From: Nocardioides sp. REDSEA-S33_B3
Lineage (GTDB): Bacteria > Actinomycetota > Actinomycetes > Propionibacteriales > Nocardioidaceae
Length of the DNA: 64,000 bases
Direction: 5' to 3'
NCBI GenBank assembly: GCA_001627335.1
Contig: LUPK01000042.1
Coordinates: forward strand, 8,233-72,232
The stretch's first letter is position 1; every line of letters begins with the position of its first letter. A program made the translations under genes and the position numbers. Shown in pieces: positions 30,701-43,169 of this stretch. Under the pieces are notes generated by a model. That model worked only from the letters and a program-made list of their open reading frames with translations. It was not told the origin of the DNA and searched no databases.

Positions 30701-31029
30701 TCGCCGCCCTGGGCCTGCTGGTCGGGATCGTGCTCGGTCTCGTGCTCCAGCCCGACGTGCCGCTCTCCCTGGAGCCCTACCTCCCGATCGCCGTCGTCGC
30801 CGCGCTCGACGCCGTCTTCGGCGGCCTGCGTGCCTACCTCGACGGCATCTTCGACGACAAGGTCTTCGTCGTCTCCTTCGTCTCCAACGTCGTCATCGCC
30901 GCGGCGATCGTGTGGCTCGGCGACCAGCTCGGCGTCGGAGGCCAGCTCTCGACCGGCGTCATCGTCGTGCTCGGCATCCGCATCTTCTCCAACGTGGCCG
31001 CCATCCGGCGGCACCTGTTCCACGCGTGA
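30697..31029 (+). CDS. small basic family protein (DUF1290)
   Basis: YLPIAVVAALDAVFGG, GIRIFSN. Confidence 0.92.
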   Translation: MIAALGLLVGIVLGLVLQPDVPLSLEPYLPIAVVAALDAVFGGLRAYLDGIFDDKVFVVSFVSNVVIAAAIVWLGDQLGVGGQLSTGVIVVLGIRIFSNVAAIRRHLFHA

Positions 31030-31040
31030 GCCCGGCGCCC

Positions 31041-31829
31041 ATGTCCGACCCGCAGCAGTCCGCCGAGCAGCCCCCGGAGATGCACGCCGTCCCGTCGGGT
31101 CCCGACGAGGACTCCGGCCGCCGGCGGCTGCGCCAAGCGCTCCTGCACCCCGGTCGCAGCCAGGTCGTGGTCGCGGTGCTGCTGGCCGTGGTCGCCTTCG
31201 CCGCGATCGTCCAGGTGCAGACCGCCGAGGACGACGACACCTACGCCGGCTACCGCGAGCAGGACCTCGTCAACGTGCTCTCCGGCCTCGCCGGCGCCTC
31301 GCGTCGCGCCCGCGCCGAGATCACGCGGCTGGAGGAGGCCCGCGACGAGCTGGTCTCCGACACCGACGCCGAGCGGGTCGCCCTGCAGCAGGCGACCAAC
31401 GAGGCCGACACCCTCAGCGTCCTCGCGGGCCTGGTGCCGGTGACCGGTCCCGGCATCCGCATCACCATCACCGAGGTGACCGGACGGGTGCGCGCCGACA
31501 CCATCCTCAACATGGTGCAGGGCCTGCGGATCGCCTCGGCCGAGGCGATGCAGTTCAACGGCCAGGTGCGGCTGGTCGCGCAGAGCTCGTTCACCAGCGC
31601 CGAGGGCGGGCTGGTCGTCGACGGCCAGCTGCTCAGCTCGCCGTACGTCGTCGACGTGATCGGCGACCCCAGCGCGCTCGCCGGGGCGATGTCGATCCTC
31701 GAGGGCCCGCGCGTGGACCTGGCCGAGGACGGGGCCGAGGTCGAGGTCGAGGTCCTGGCCTCGCTGGACATCGAGTCGGTCCGACCCGCCGTCGAGCCCG
31801 AGTACGCACAGCCCCAGGACGCGCAGTAG
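31041..31829 (+). CDS. DUF881 family protein
   Basis: TM plus coiled coil, GPGIRIT, AEAMQFNG, SPY..IGDP. Confidence 0.9.
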   Translation: MSDPQQSAEQPPEMHAVPSGPDEDSGRRRLRQALLHPGRSQVVVAVLLAVVAFAAIVQVQTAEDDDTYAGYREQDLVNVLSGLAGASRRARAEITRLEEARDELVSDTDAERVALQQATNEADTLSVLAGLVPVTGPGIRITITEVTGRVRADTILNMVQGLRIASAEAMQFNGQVRLVAQSSFTSAEGGLVVDGQLLSSPYVVDVIGDPSALAGAMSILEGPRVDLAEDGAEVEVEVLASLDIESVRPAVEPEYAQPQDAQ

Positions 31830-31861
31830 CCTGCCGACACCCGACCCCCAGGAGAGACACC

Positions 31862-32245
31862 TTGTACCCCGACGACCTGCAGTACACCGCGGAGCACGAG
31901 TGGGTCCGCACCCCGGGCGAGCACGAGGGCGCGGTGCGCATCGGCATCACCCACTACGCCCAGGACGCCCTCGGTGACATCGTCTACGTCTCCCTGCCCG
32001 AGGTGGGCGAGAGCGTCGAGGCCGGCAGCACCTGCGGTGAGCTGGAGTCGACCAAGTCCGTCTCCGACGTCTACGCGCCGGTCACCGGCGAGGTCGTCGC
32101 CCGCAACGAGGCGCTCGACGCCACCCCCGAGCTGGTCAACAACGACCCGTACGGCGGCGGCTGGCTCTTCGAGGTCAAGCCGGCCGGCGAGGTCGGCGAC
32201 GGCCTGATGGACGCCGCGACGTACGAGGCCTCGCTCGAGGGCTGA
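31862..32245 (+). CDS. gcvH: glycine cleavage system H protein
   Basis: HEW, GITHYAQDALGD, lipoyl site ESTKS, NNDPYGGGW; TTG start after GGAG. Confidence 0.95.
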   Translation: MYPDDLQYTAEHEWVRTPGEHEGAVRIGITHYAQDALGDIVYVSLPEVGESVEAGSTCGELESTKSVSDVYAPVTGEVVARNEALDATPELVNNDPYGGGWLFEVKPAGEVGDGLMDAATYEASLEG

Positions 32246-32339
32246 GCCGGTCCGGTCAGCCCCTCCCGACGGCCCCTCCCGGACCTCGTCGGTTCGGAGT
32301 TGAACCACGCTGCACGGCTGATAGGTTCTCCCACGCCAT

Positions 32340-32364
32340 CACCCTCCACCCGGGGGTGAGGGTT
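32340..32364 (+). promoter_or_regulatory. putative MerR (FtsR-like) operator upstream of FHA gene
   Basis: CACCCTCCACCCGGGGGTGAGGGTT imperfect palindrome; related to 34297-34321. Confidence 0.5.
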
Positions 32365-32406
32365 GGGAGCGTCAGCGACGCGAGTCCACCACCCGAGGAG
32401 ACCCCG

Positions 32407-32925
32407 ATGCCGTTCTGCACCGCCTGTGGTCGGCAGAACCCCGACGACGCCCGCTTCTGCTCGCAGTGCGGGACCCGTCTGGTGACGCCGGACGCCCCCG
32501 CGGAGCCCTCGCGCGGCGAGACCACCGCGACCATCTCCATCGGCGCCGGCGACTCGCGGGTGGAGACCTCGGACCGCCAGCTCAACCCGGTCGACGCCGC
32601 CGCCGTGGACGCCCTGCCGGTGGGCCACGCGCTCCTGGTCGTGCAGCGTGGCCCGGGCTCGGGCAACCGCTTCCTGCTCGACACCGACAAGGTCACCGCC
32701 GGTCGTCACCCCGACAGCGAGATCTTCCTCGACGACGTGACCGTCTCGCGCCGGCACGCGGTCTTCGACCGGGACGGCTCGACCTTCACGGTCTCGGACG
32801 TGGGGAGCCTCAACGGCACCTACGTCAACCGCGACCGCATCGACACCGTCCGTCTCAAGGACGGCGACGAGGTCCAGGTCGGCAAGTACCGCCTGGTCTT
32901 CTTCTCCGGCCACGAGGGCGCCTGA
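32407..32925 (+). CDS. garA: FHA-domain protein with N-terminal zinc ribbon (GarA/OdhI-like)
   Basis: CTACG..CSQCG, ETT phosphosite-like motif, GRHPDS, VSRRHA, GSLNGTYVN. Confidence 0.85.
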   Translation: MPFCTACGRQNPDDARFCSQCGTRLVTPDAPAEPSRGETTATISIGAGDSRVETSDRQLNPVDAAAVDALPVGHALLVVQRGPGSGNRFLLDTDKVTAGRHPDSEIFLDDVTVSRRHAVFDRDGSTFTVSDVGSLNGTYVNRDRIDTVRLKDGDEVQVGKYRLVFFSGHEGA

Positions 32926-32928
32926 GTC

Positions 32929-33690
32929 GTGTCCACCGGCTCCGTCTCGTCCTCGGGAGCCTCCTCGGGAGCACGTCCCTCCGGCTCGGCCCGGATGAAC
33001 ATCGGGCAGGTGCTCGAGCAGCTGCGTCCCGACTTCCCGGGGGTCACGATCCCCAAGATCCGCTTCCTGGAGGACAAGGGCCTGATCAAGCCCGAGCGGA
33101 CCCCCGCGGGCTACCGCAAGTTCTCCGCCGACGACGTGACGCGCCTGCGCTACGTCCTGCGGATGCAGCGCGACCACTACCTCCCGCTGAAGGTCATCGG
33201 CGAGCACCTCGACGCCATCGACCGCGGGATGGAGCCGCCGCCGATCGAGCCGGTGGTCCCCACGGTGCCGACCGTGGCGCTGGCGGCCGACGGGATGCCG
33301 AGTCCCGAGTCCTTCCGTCGACGTGACGACCTGCGACTCTCACGCAAGGAGCTGCTGAAGGTGGCCGAGGTCTCCGAGGAGCTGCTCGAGCAGCTCGAGC
33401 AGTTCGGCCTGGTGTCGCCGCGTCCCGGGACCGGGCACTACGACACCGACGCCCTCGTCGTCGTCCGCACCGCCCGTGAGCTCGCTGACTTCGGGATCGA
33501 GCCGCGTCACCTGCGCGCGTTCAAGGCGGCGGCCGATCGCGAGGTCGGGCTCGTGCAGCAGGTCGTGGCTCCCCTGGAGCGCGGCCGCGACGCCGCCGCC
33601 AGCGCCCGTGCCGCCGACGCCGCCTCCGAGATCGCGGCCCTGTCGGTGCGTCTGCACGCGACCCTGGTCAAGACCGGCCTGTCGCGCTGA
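32929..33690 (+). CDS. MerR family regulator (Rv1828/FtsR-like)
   Basis: IGQVL, KIRFLE, PERTPAGYRKF, HYLPLKVI; syntenic after the FHA gene. Confidence 0.9.
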   Translation: MSTGSVSSSGASSGARPSGSARMNIGQVLEQLRPDFPGVTIPKIRFLEDKGLIKPERTPAGYRKFSADDVTRLRYVLRMQRDHYLPLKVIGEHLDAIDRGMEPPPIEPVVPTVPTVALAADGMPSPESFRRRDDLRLSRKELLKVAEVSEELLEQLEQFGLVSPRPGTGHYDTDALVVVRTARELADFGIEPRHLRAFKAAADREVGLVQQVVAPLERGRDAAASARAADAASEIAALSVRLHATLVKTGLSR

Positions 33691-33732
33691 CCTGCCCGCC
33701 GCCTCTCCCCACCGGCGCGTAGGGTGGGAGAC

Positions 33733-34206
33733 ATGCGTGAGGTGGACGTCATGGGAGTCCGGGTCGAGATGCCCTCGAACCAGCCGATCGTCCTGCTGCG
33801 CGAGGTCGCGGGGGACCGCTACCTGCCGATCTGGATCGGTGCGGTCGAGGCCACGGCCATCGCGTTCGCCCAGCAGGGCGTGACCCCGCCGCGACCGCTG
33901 ACCCACGACCTGCTCAAGGACGTGCTCGAGGCGACCGGCAACGCGTTGGAGGAGGTCCGCATCACCGACGTCAAGGACGGGGTGTTCTTCGCGACGCTCG
34001 TCCTGACCTCGGGCACCGAGGTCTCCGCACGTCCCTCCGACTCCATCGCCCTGGCCCTGCGCACCGGTTCGCGCATCGTGTGCTCCGAGGACGTCCTCGA
34101 CGAAGCCGGCCTGGCCGTGCCCGCCGAGCAGGAGGACGAGGTCGAGAAGTTCCGCGAGTTCCTCGACCACGTCACCCCCGAGGACTTCGAGGCCCCCTCC
34201 GACTGA
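33733..34206 (+). CDS. bifunctional nuclease family protein (DUF151)
   Basis: LPIWIG, RPLTHDL, ARPSDSIALA. Confidence 0.93.
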   Translation: MREVDVMGVRVEMPSNQPIVLLREVAGDRYLPIWIGAVEATAIAFAQQGVTPPRPLTHDLLKDVLEATGNALEEVRITDVKDGVFFATLVLTSGTEVSARPSDSIALALRTGSRIVCSEDVLDEAGLAVPAEQEDEVEKFREFLDHVTPEDFEAPSD

Positions 34207-34218
34207 GGCCCTGATCCT

Positions 34219-34291
34219 GCCGAGCCGGCGTATCAATACGCCGGTTCGACCCACGCGCCCCGCCGAGCCGGCGTATCAATACGCCGGTTCG
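34219..34291. repeat. two identical 30-bp palindromic units (REP-like)
   Basis: GCCGAGCCGGCGTATCAATACGCCGGTTCG at 34219-34248 and 34262-34291. Confidence 0.85.
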
Positions 34292-34296
34292 GCGCG

Positions 34297-34321
34297 AAGT
34301 CTCACTCTCAGGTTGAGGGTT
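34297..34321 (+). promoter_or_regulatory. putative MerR (FtsR-like) operator upstream of second MerR gene
   Basis: AAGTCTCACTCTCAGGTTGAGGGTT; shares TGAGGGTT right arm with 32340-32364. Confidence 0.5.
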
Positions 34322-34477
34322 CGACACGCCGCGAGAGTCTTTGACCCTGTCGGTGGCCGGGCTTACGGTGAGCCGTCTCTGTTGTAACTCCACCGTTGTG
34401 GTCCTCCCGCCCGGGAACGCCTGCGACGTCTTCCCCCTCGGAGTTACGGTGAACGGAGTAGACACCGGAGGACCCGC

Positions 34478-35083
34478 GTGAACGAGCACGAGCAGGAGCT
34501 GCGCGAGAGCGTCGACGCCGCACGCGCGGCCGAGGCCGCCGACGAGCAGGGACTCCTCTTCACCGACGACGTCTCACCCCTGCCCAGCGACCTCGGCTAC
34601 CGCGGGCCCACGGCCTGCAACGCTGCCGGGATCACCTACCGCCAGCTCGACTACTGGGCCCGCACCGGCCTGGTCGAGCCGACGGTGCGGGGTGCGAAGG
34701 GGTCGGGCTCCCAGCGCCTCTACTCCTTCCGCGACATCCTCATCCTCAAGGTCATCAAGCGGCTGCTCGACGCCGGCATCTCGCTGCAGCAGATCCGCAC
34801 CGCGGTCTCGCACCTGCGCGAGCGCGGCACCGACGACCTGACCCGCGTGACGCTGATGAGCGACGGTGCCTCGGTCTACGAGTGCACCTCCAACGACGAG
34901 GTCATCGACCTGCTCCAGGGCGGGCAGGGTGTCTTCGGCATCGCCATCGGTGGCGTGTGGCGCGAGATCGAGGGCACGCTCGCCGAGCTGCCCTCCGAGC
35001 GCACGGCCGACGAGGCCGCCGCCGAGGCCCCGGTGGTCGGCGACGAGCTCGCGGCGCGCCGCGCGGCCCGCTCCGCCGGCTGA
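34478..35083 (+). CDS. MerR family regulator (Rv1830-like)
   Basis: GYRGP, GITYRQLDYWARTGLV, GSGSQRLYSF, GQGVFGIA. Confidence 0.93.
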   Translation: MNEHEQELRESVDAARAAEAADEQGLLFTDDVSPLPSDLGYRGPTACNAAGITYRQLDYWARTGLVEPTVRGAKGSGSQRLYSFRDILILKVIKRLLDAGISLQQIRTAVSHLRERGTDDLTRVTLMSDGASVYECTSNDEVIDLLQGGQGVFGIAIGGVWREIEGTLAELPSERTADEAAAEAPVVGDELAARRAARSAG

Positions 35084-35129
35084 GGTGGCGCCGGCCCTGC
35101 GCCGGCACTGGTAGATTCGCTCCCGCTGA

Positions 35130-35275
35130 CCATCCCGCGCGGGAGAGTCTCCTCGTCTCAGGCGGGGGGCGCCGAAGGGGCAATTCCTCCCCGGAACCTC
35201 TCAGGCACCCGGACCGCGCAGGCCAGGCGACTCTGGAGCACCCCGGCACCCGCCGGTGACGTGACAGAGGGGGAG
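35130..35275 (+). ncRNA. glycine riboswitch
   Basis: GGGAGAG..CGCCGAAGGGGCAA..AACCTCTCAGG aptamer immediately upstream of gcvP; followed by CTCTGGAG..GACAGAG element. Confidence 0.9.
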
Positions 35276-35310
35276 GGCCCGGACCCCGACGCCCCAGGAG
35301 CCCTACCCGC

Positions 35311-38169
<2,859 letters not shown>

Positions 38170-38209
38170 GGGGCTGACGCAGCACCGAGTCGTCACCGGA
38201 CGTCGGGCG

Positions 38210-38722
38210 TCACTCGATGTCGGTCTTGGTCACCGTGAGGTCGAAGCGGAAGGCGTTGCTGCAGTCGAGCACGGCGTTGCGCTTCCTCCACGTGAGGACC
38301 AGGTCCGCCGCGAGCGGCTTGTGCACGCCGTCGACCACGACGTGCTGGCCGGCGTCGTCGAACTCGTCGTGGACCTCGACCGGGTCCCCGTCGCGGACGA
38401 CGGTGCCGGCCAGGACGACCTTGCGGCCGCCGAGCGTGCCTTCCTGCTGCAGCTCGCCCCGTCGGACGATGCGGCCGTCGGGCTGGGAGATCCAGAAGTC
38501 CTCCTGGTCCTCGGCGCCGATCGCGACCAGGACCTCGTTGCCGTAGGTGCGGTGCTCGTAGACCGACACCGTCACCGGCCGGGTCCGCCACGTGCCGGCG
38601 CACTCGACGAGCACTCCCTTCTCGCGCTCGGTGGTGGTCTCGGCGTGGGCCGGAGCCGCGGCGGCGGCCAGGGGGAGGCCGGTCGCGATCGCGAGGGTGA
38701 CCAGAGCGGTGGTGCTTCGCAT
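38210..38722 (-). CDS. secreted hypothetical protein
   Basis: Signal peptide ending APAHA; two Cys; beta-rich; AGGAG RBS. Confidence 0.75.
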   Translation of the reverse strand: MRSTTALVTLAIATGLPLAAAAAPAHAETTTEREKGVLVECAGTWRTRPVTVSVYEHRTYGNEVLVAIGAEDQEDFWISQPDGRIVRRGELQQEGTLGGRKVVLAGTVVRDGDPVEVHDEFDDAGQHVVVDGVHKPLAADLVLTWRKRNAVLDCSNAFRFDLTVTKTDIE

Positions 38723-38803
38723 GGTGGTTCGTCTCCTGTGTGGTGGTTGTCAGCAGGAGTACGCCGCACCGCCTGATCGGGTTGCATCGGGTGCGATAGG
38801 AAT

Positions 38804-40300
38804 GTGCGGGTGAGCGACCACCACGAGATCGAGCGCACCTTCACGGTCGACAGCCGTACGACGATGCCCGACCTCGCCGGGGTGGGGGCCGTGGCCTCGG
38901 TCGGCCCTCCGGACGTCGTCGACCTCGAGGCGGCCTACCTCGACACCGCCGACCTGGCGCTGGTCCGTGCGGGCATCACGCTGCGACGACGCTCCGGCGG
39001 TGGCGACGAGGGCTGGCACCTGAAGCTGCCGGTCGGCGCGGGACGGGACGAGGTGCACCAGCCGCTGGGTGAGCCCGAGGAGCCGGCCCCGGACGCCCTG
39101 CGGGACCTGGTGCGCGCCTACACCGGTGGTCAGGACCTGGGCGTGGTCGCGACGATCAGCACGCGTCGCACCACCACCGCGCTGCTGGGCGACGACGGTG
39201 CGGTGCTCGCGGAGGTCTGCGACGACGAGGTGACCGGTCGGCTGCCCGACGGCCCGACCATGAGCTGGCGCGAGTGGGAGGTCGAGCTGGTCGATGGCGA
39301 CGTCGACCTGCTGGACCTGATCACCGACGAGCTGGCCGAGGAGGGCGTGGTCCCCGCGCGCACCCAGCGCAAGATCGAGGCGGTGCTCGGTGACCGGCTC
39401 CACGAACCCGCCCGACCCCGGCACCCCCTGATCGCGTACCTCGCCGACCAGGTCGACGACCTCCGCACGCAGGACGTGGCCGTCCGGCGCGGCGATCTCC
39501 GGGGGGTCCACCAGGCCCGCGTCGCCTGCCGCCGGATGCGAGCCGCACTGGCGGCCTACCGGCCGCTGGTCGAGACGGAGGCGACCGAGCCGGTGCGCGA
39601 GGAGCTGCGCTGGCTGGGCCATGCGCTGAGCGACACCCGCGATGCCGTGGTCGCGCGGGAGCTGCTGATGACCGCGCTCGACGCGGAGGACCCGGCGCTG
39701 GTGCACGGGCCGGTCCGCGAGCGGATCGACTCCACCTACGAGCACCGGACCCGGGCGGGGATCGCCGCGGCCGTGCAGGTGCTCGACGGCGAGCGGTACG
39801 CCGCACTGCTGGAGGAGCTCCGTGCGCTGGTGGAGGAGCCTCCCCTCCGGCTGGAGGAGGCGCCGTCGGAGAAGGCGATGGCCAAGCGGCTGCGCCGGCA
39901 GGCGCGGCGGGTGGGCCGCCGGCTCGACGAGGTGCGGGCGGCGACGTCGCCCGAGGACCGCGAGGCCGCCTGGCACGAGGTGCGCAAGGCCGCCAAGCGC
40001 CTGCGGTACGCCGCGGAGGTGGCGCGGCCTGGTCTCGGCAAGCCGGCCAAGCAACTGGCCGAGCGGGCCAAGGAGGCCACCCAGGTGCTCGGTGAGCGCC
40101 AGGACACCGTGGTTGCTCGCGAGCACCTGCTGGCGCTGGCCGACGACGCCGGCACCGCGGGCGAGCCGACGTTCACCTACGGCCTCCTGCACGCACGGCA
40201 GGAGGCCCTGCAGGTCGAGCTCGCCTACCGTGCCTGGGAGACGCTGGACATGTTGAAGTCCGGCACCCGGATCGCCGGGGTCGCGGTGCGACTGAAGTAG
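38804..40300 (+). CDS. CYTH and CHAD domain protein
   Basis: EIERTF, YLDT.DL, LRRR, WHLK, EWEVEL; CHAD motifs VHQARVACRR and WHEVRKAAKRLRY. Confidence 0.92.
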   Translation: MRVSDHHEIERTFTVDSRTTMPDLAGVGAVASVGPPDVVDLEAAYLDTADLALVRAGITLRRRSGGGDEGWHLKLPVGAGRDEVHQPLGEPEEPAPDALRDLVRAYTGGQDLGVVATISTRRTTTALLGDDGAVLAEVCDDEVTGRLPDGPTMSWREWEVELVDGDVDLLDLITDELAEEGVVPARTQRKIEAVLGDRLHEPARPRHPLIAYLADQVDDLRTQDVAVRRGDLRGVHQARVACRRMRAALAAYRPLVETEATEPVREELRWLGHALSDTRDAVVARELLMTALDAEDPALVHGPVRERIDSTYEHRTRAGIAAAVQVLDGERYAALLEELRALVEEPPLRLEEAPSEKAMAKRLRRQARRVGRRLDEVRAATSPEDREAAWHEVRKAAKRLRYAAEVARPGLGKPAKQLAERAKEATQVLGERQDTVVAREHLLALADDAGTAGEPTFTYGLLHARQEALQVELAYRAWETLDMLKSGTRIAGVAVRLK

Positions 40301-41622
40301 TCGTCGCCCCACTCCCGGCTGAAGCTGGGCACCGTCGCCGAGGCGTGGGTGAAGCGGCGCAGCAGGTCGACCGGGCTCTCGTTCCAGCGGAAGTTGTTGA
40401 CCAACCCGGCGATCTCCCCGTCCTCGACGAGGTAGACGCCGTCGCGCGTGAGGCCGGTCAGCAGCAGCGACTGCGGGTCGACCTCGCGGATGTACCACAG
40501 GCAGGTGACCAGCAGCCCGCGCTCGGCGCCGCGGACGAGGTCCATCACGTCCCCGGAACCGCCGTCGATCTCGAGCACCAGGTTGTCGACGTACGGCGTG
40601 ACGGGCCGGCCGGTCATCGCGGCCGTCTGCCGGGTCTGCACCAGCGAGGCGAGCTCTCCGTCGTGGATCCAGTCGGTGCTGCCCAGGGCGAGCCCGTTGT
40701 CGAAGACCGAGTGGTCGTCGTCGGAGGACCCGGTGACGGCGAACGGCGAGCACTCCAGGCCCGGGTGGGCCGGGTCGGAGAACAGGCGCACCCCCGGAGC
40801 GGCGAGGCGGTCGCCGATGCGGGTGCCGCCGCCGCGGCGGGAGTAGACCGACTGGCCCTCGTGGGCGGCGCGCGCGCCGGCGTACCAGTAGGCGTCGATC
40901 ATCAGGTCGGCCACCGCGCTGGGCGGCAGGATCGTGTCGTAGCGCCCGGCCGGCAGGTCGACGCGACGCTCGCCCCAGGCGAGCCGCTGCTCGAGCTCGG
41001 CCTCCATGGCCAGCGCGTCGACGTCGGTGAAGTCGCGGGTGGCGCCGCCGACCCAGGCCGACTGGGTCAGGGCGGCGTCCTTGCCGGTGCAGCCGTAGTG
41101 GCCGGTCGGCTGGACGTGGCGCAGACGCAGCCCGGTCGTGGAGCCGAGGTAGGTGGTCGTCACCTCGTGGCTGACGAAGCCGTAGAGCACCCGGTCGGCG
41201 GCCGATGACCGAGCGAAGGCCTCACCGAGCGCGGGTGCGAAGACGTCGTAGACGTGGATGTCGGTGGGGACCGGCGGGTCGTCCCAGTCCGGGCTCACGC
41301 GGTCGCGGACCAGCTCGGCGGCGTCCTCGGCGGGGGAGGCAGCACGGGCGGCCTCGTCGGCGGCGCGGACGAGGTCGGTGACCTGGGCCTGGGATGCGGC
41401 GCTGCCGGAGACCGTGCCGACCTGCACGCCTCCGGTGCCGCGGACGAAGGAGACCACCGAGACGTCCATGCCGTGCATCACGCCGTTGGTGGTGAGCGTG
41501 TTGTTGGCCCAGCGCAGGTTGGCGCCGGTCGAGTCACGCACCACGACCATGCAGTCGTCGGAGACGCTGGCGTGCAGGCCCTGCTCGACCAGGCTCTGCG
41601 GGGTGACCTGATGGGTGCTCAC
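40225..41622 (-). CDS. TldE/PmbA family metallopeptidase subunit
   Basis: [29 protein letters not shown]; coupled to tldD. Confidence 0.88.
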   Translation of the reverse strand: MSTHQVTPQSLVEQGLHASVSDDCMVVVRDSTGANLRWANNTLTTNGVMHGMDVSVVSFVRGTGGVQVGTVSGSAASQAQVTDLVRAADEAARAASPAEDAAELVRDRVSPDWDDPPVPTDIHVYDVFAPALGEAFARSSAADRVLYGFVSHEVTTTYLGSTTGLRLRHVQPTGHYGCTGKDAALTQSAWVGGATRDFTDVDALAMEAELEQRLAWGERRVDLPAGRYDTILPPSAVADLMIDAYWYAGARAAHEGQSVYSRRGGGTRIGDRLAAPGVRLFSDPAHPGLECSPFAVTGSSDDDHSVFDNGLALGSTDWIHDGELASLVQTRQTAAMTGRPVTPYVDNLVLEIDGGSGDVMDLVRGAERGLLVTCLWYIREVDPQSLLLTGLTRDGVYLVEDGEIAGLVNNFRWNESPVDLLRRFTHASATVPSFSREWGDDYFSRTATPAIRVPDFNMSSVSQAR

Positions 41623-43160
41623 TGGCCGCCCTCCTGCGTGGTGTTGAGGATGTTGACGCCGCGGAAGAGCGCGGTGGGGCAGCCATGGCTGACGGCCGCG
41701 ACCTGGCCGGGCTGCGCCTTGCCGCAGTTGAACGCACCGCCGAGGACCCAGGTCTCGGGGCCGCCGACGGCCTCCATCGAGCCCCAGAAGTCGGTGGTCG
41801 TCGCCTGGTAGGCGACGTCGCGCACCTGACCGGTCAGCTCGCCGTCACGGATGGCGTAGAACCGCTGGCCGGTGAACTGGAAGTTGAAGCGCTGCATGTC
41901 GATGGACCACGACTTGTCGCCCACGACGTAGAGACCACGCTCGACCCGGCCGATGAGCTCCTCGGTGCTGGGGCCGTCGGGCGCCGGCTGCAGCGAGACG
42001 TTGGCCATCCGCTGGATCGGGATGTGGCCCGGCGAGTCGGCGTAGGCGCAGCCGTTGGACCGACCCTGCGGGTGGTCGGGGCCGGCGAGCTCGGGCTTCA
42101 TCGCGCCCATGGGACGGTCGAGCTGGTAGCCGACGAGGACCCCGTCGCGAACGATGTCCCAGGACTGGGTCTCCACGCCCTCGTCGTCGTAGCCCACCGT
42201 GGCCAGGCCGTGCTCGATGGTGCGGTCGCCGGTGACGTTCATGACCGGGCTGCCGTACTGGAGCGAGCCGAGCTTGTCGTAGGTCGCGAAGGAGGTGCCG
42301 GCGTAGTTGGCCTCGTAGCCGAGCGCGCGGTCGAGCTCGGTGGCGTGCCCGATCGACTCGTGGATGGTGAGCCACAGGTTGGAGGGGTGGATGACCAGGT
42401 CGTAGGAGCCGGGCTCGACGCCGGGCGCCTTGAGCTTCTCGGCGAGCAGCTCGGGGACCTCGTCGATCTCGGCGTCCCAGTCCCAGGCGCCCTGGGCGAC
42501 GCTGCCGGCGACGTACTCCCAGCCGCGGCCGACCGGCGGGGCGATCGAGGCCATCGAGTCGAAGGTGTCGGCGCCGGTGCCCATCGCCTCGAAGCCCGGC
42601 TGCATCCGCACGCGCTGCTGCGTGGTGGAGGTGCCCGCGGTGTCGACGTAGTACTTGTTCTCCTGGACGGCCATCACGAAGGCGGTGGCGTGGTCGACCG
42701 CCGCACCGGTGCGCAGCCGTCGGGTCCAGTCGGTCAGCACCGCGGCCTTGTCGGCGGTCGCGACCTCGAGCGGGTTCACGTCGTACGCCGAGACCCATGT
42801 GACGTCGGCGTGCACGGGCTCGGGGGCGATCTCGACCGGCGTGGTCGTCATGGTCGCGGCGACCTCGGCCACGGCGACCGCCGTCTCGGCGACCCGGCGG
42901 GCCTCGTCGACGGTGAGCACGACGCCGGAGGCGAAGCCCCAGGCGCCGCGGTGGATGACGCGGACCGCGAAGCCGAGGTCCTCGACGTCGGAGGCGGACT
43001 GGAGGATCTCGTCACGGGCGCGCAGGTGCTGGTAGCGCACGCGCTCGAAGCGGAAGTCGGCATGGGTGGCGCCCAGCTCCGTGGCCCGGGCGAGGGCGAC
43101 CTCGCCGAGGCTGCGGAAGGGGAGCGCGAGGAAGGTCGGATCGACCTCGGGTCGGCTCAT
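41619..43160 (-). CDS. tldD: TldD family metallopeptidase
   Basis: GAWGFA, HESIGH metal motif, YDDEG, RMAN, CGKAQP..SHGCP. Confidence 0.93.
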   Translation of the reverse strand: MSRPEVDPTFLALPFRSLGEVALARATELGATHADFRFERVRYQHLRARDEILQSASDVEDLGFAVRVIHRGAWGFASGVVLTVDEARRVAETAVAVAEVAATMTTTPVEIAPEPVHADVTWVSAYDVNPLEVATADKAAVLTDWTRRLRTGAAVDHATAFVMAVQENKYYVDTAGTSTTQQRVRMQPGFEAMGTGADTFDSMASIAPPVGRGWEYVAGSVAQGAWDWDAEIDEVPELLAEKLKAPGVEPGSYDLVIHPSNLWLTIHESIGHATELDRALGYEANYAGTSFATYDKLGSLQYGSPVMNVTGDRTIEHGLATVGYDDEGVETQSWDIVRDGVLVGYQLDRPMGAMKPELAGPDHPQGRSNGCAYADSPGHIPIQRMANVSLQPAPDGPSTEELIGRVERGLYVVGDKSWSIDMQRFNFQFTGQRFYAIRDGELTGQVRDVAYQATTTDFWGSMEAVGGPETWVLGGAFNCGKAQPGQVAAVSHGCPTALFRGVNILNTTQEGGQ

Positions 43161-43169
43161 GGCCGCAAC

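Noticed and set aside
34219-34291. CRISPR array
   Set aside because: Only two repeats with a 13-bp spacer, and no cas genes in the window.
38804-43160. TldD/E as part of a RiPP or microcin cluster
   Set aside because: No precursor peptide, YcaO or other modifying enzyme nearby; it looks like the housekeeping pair.
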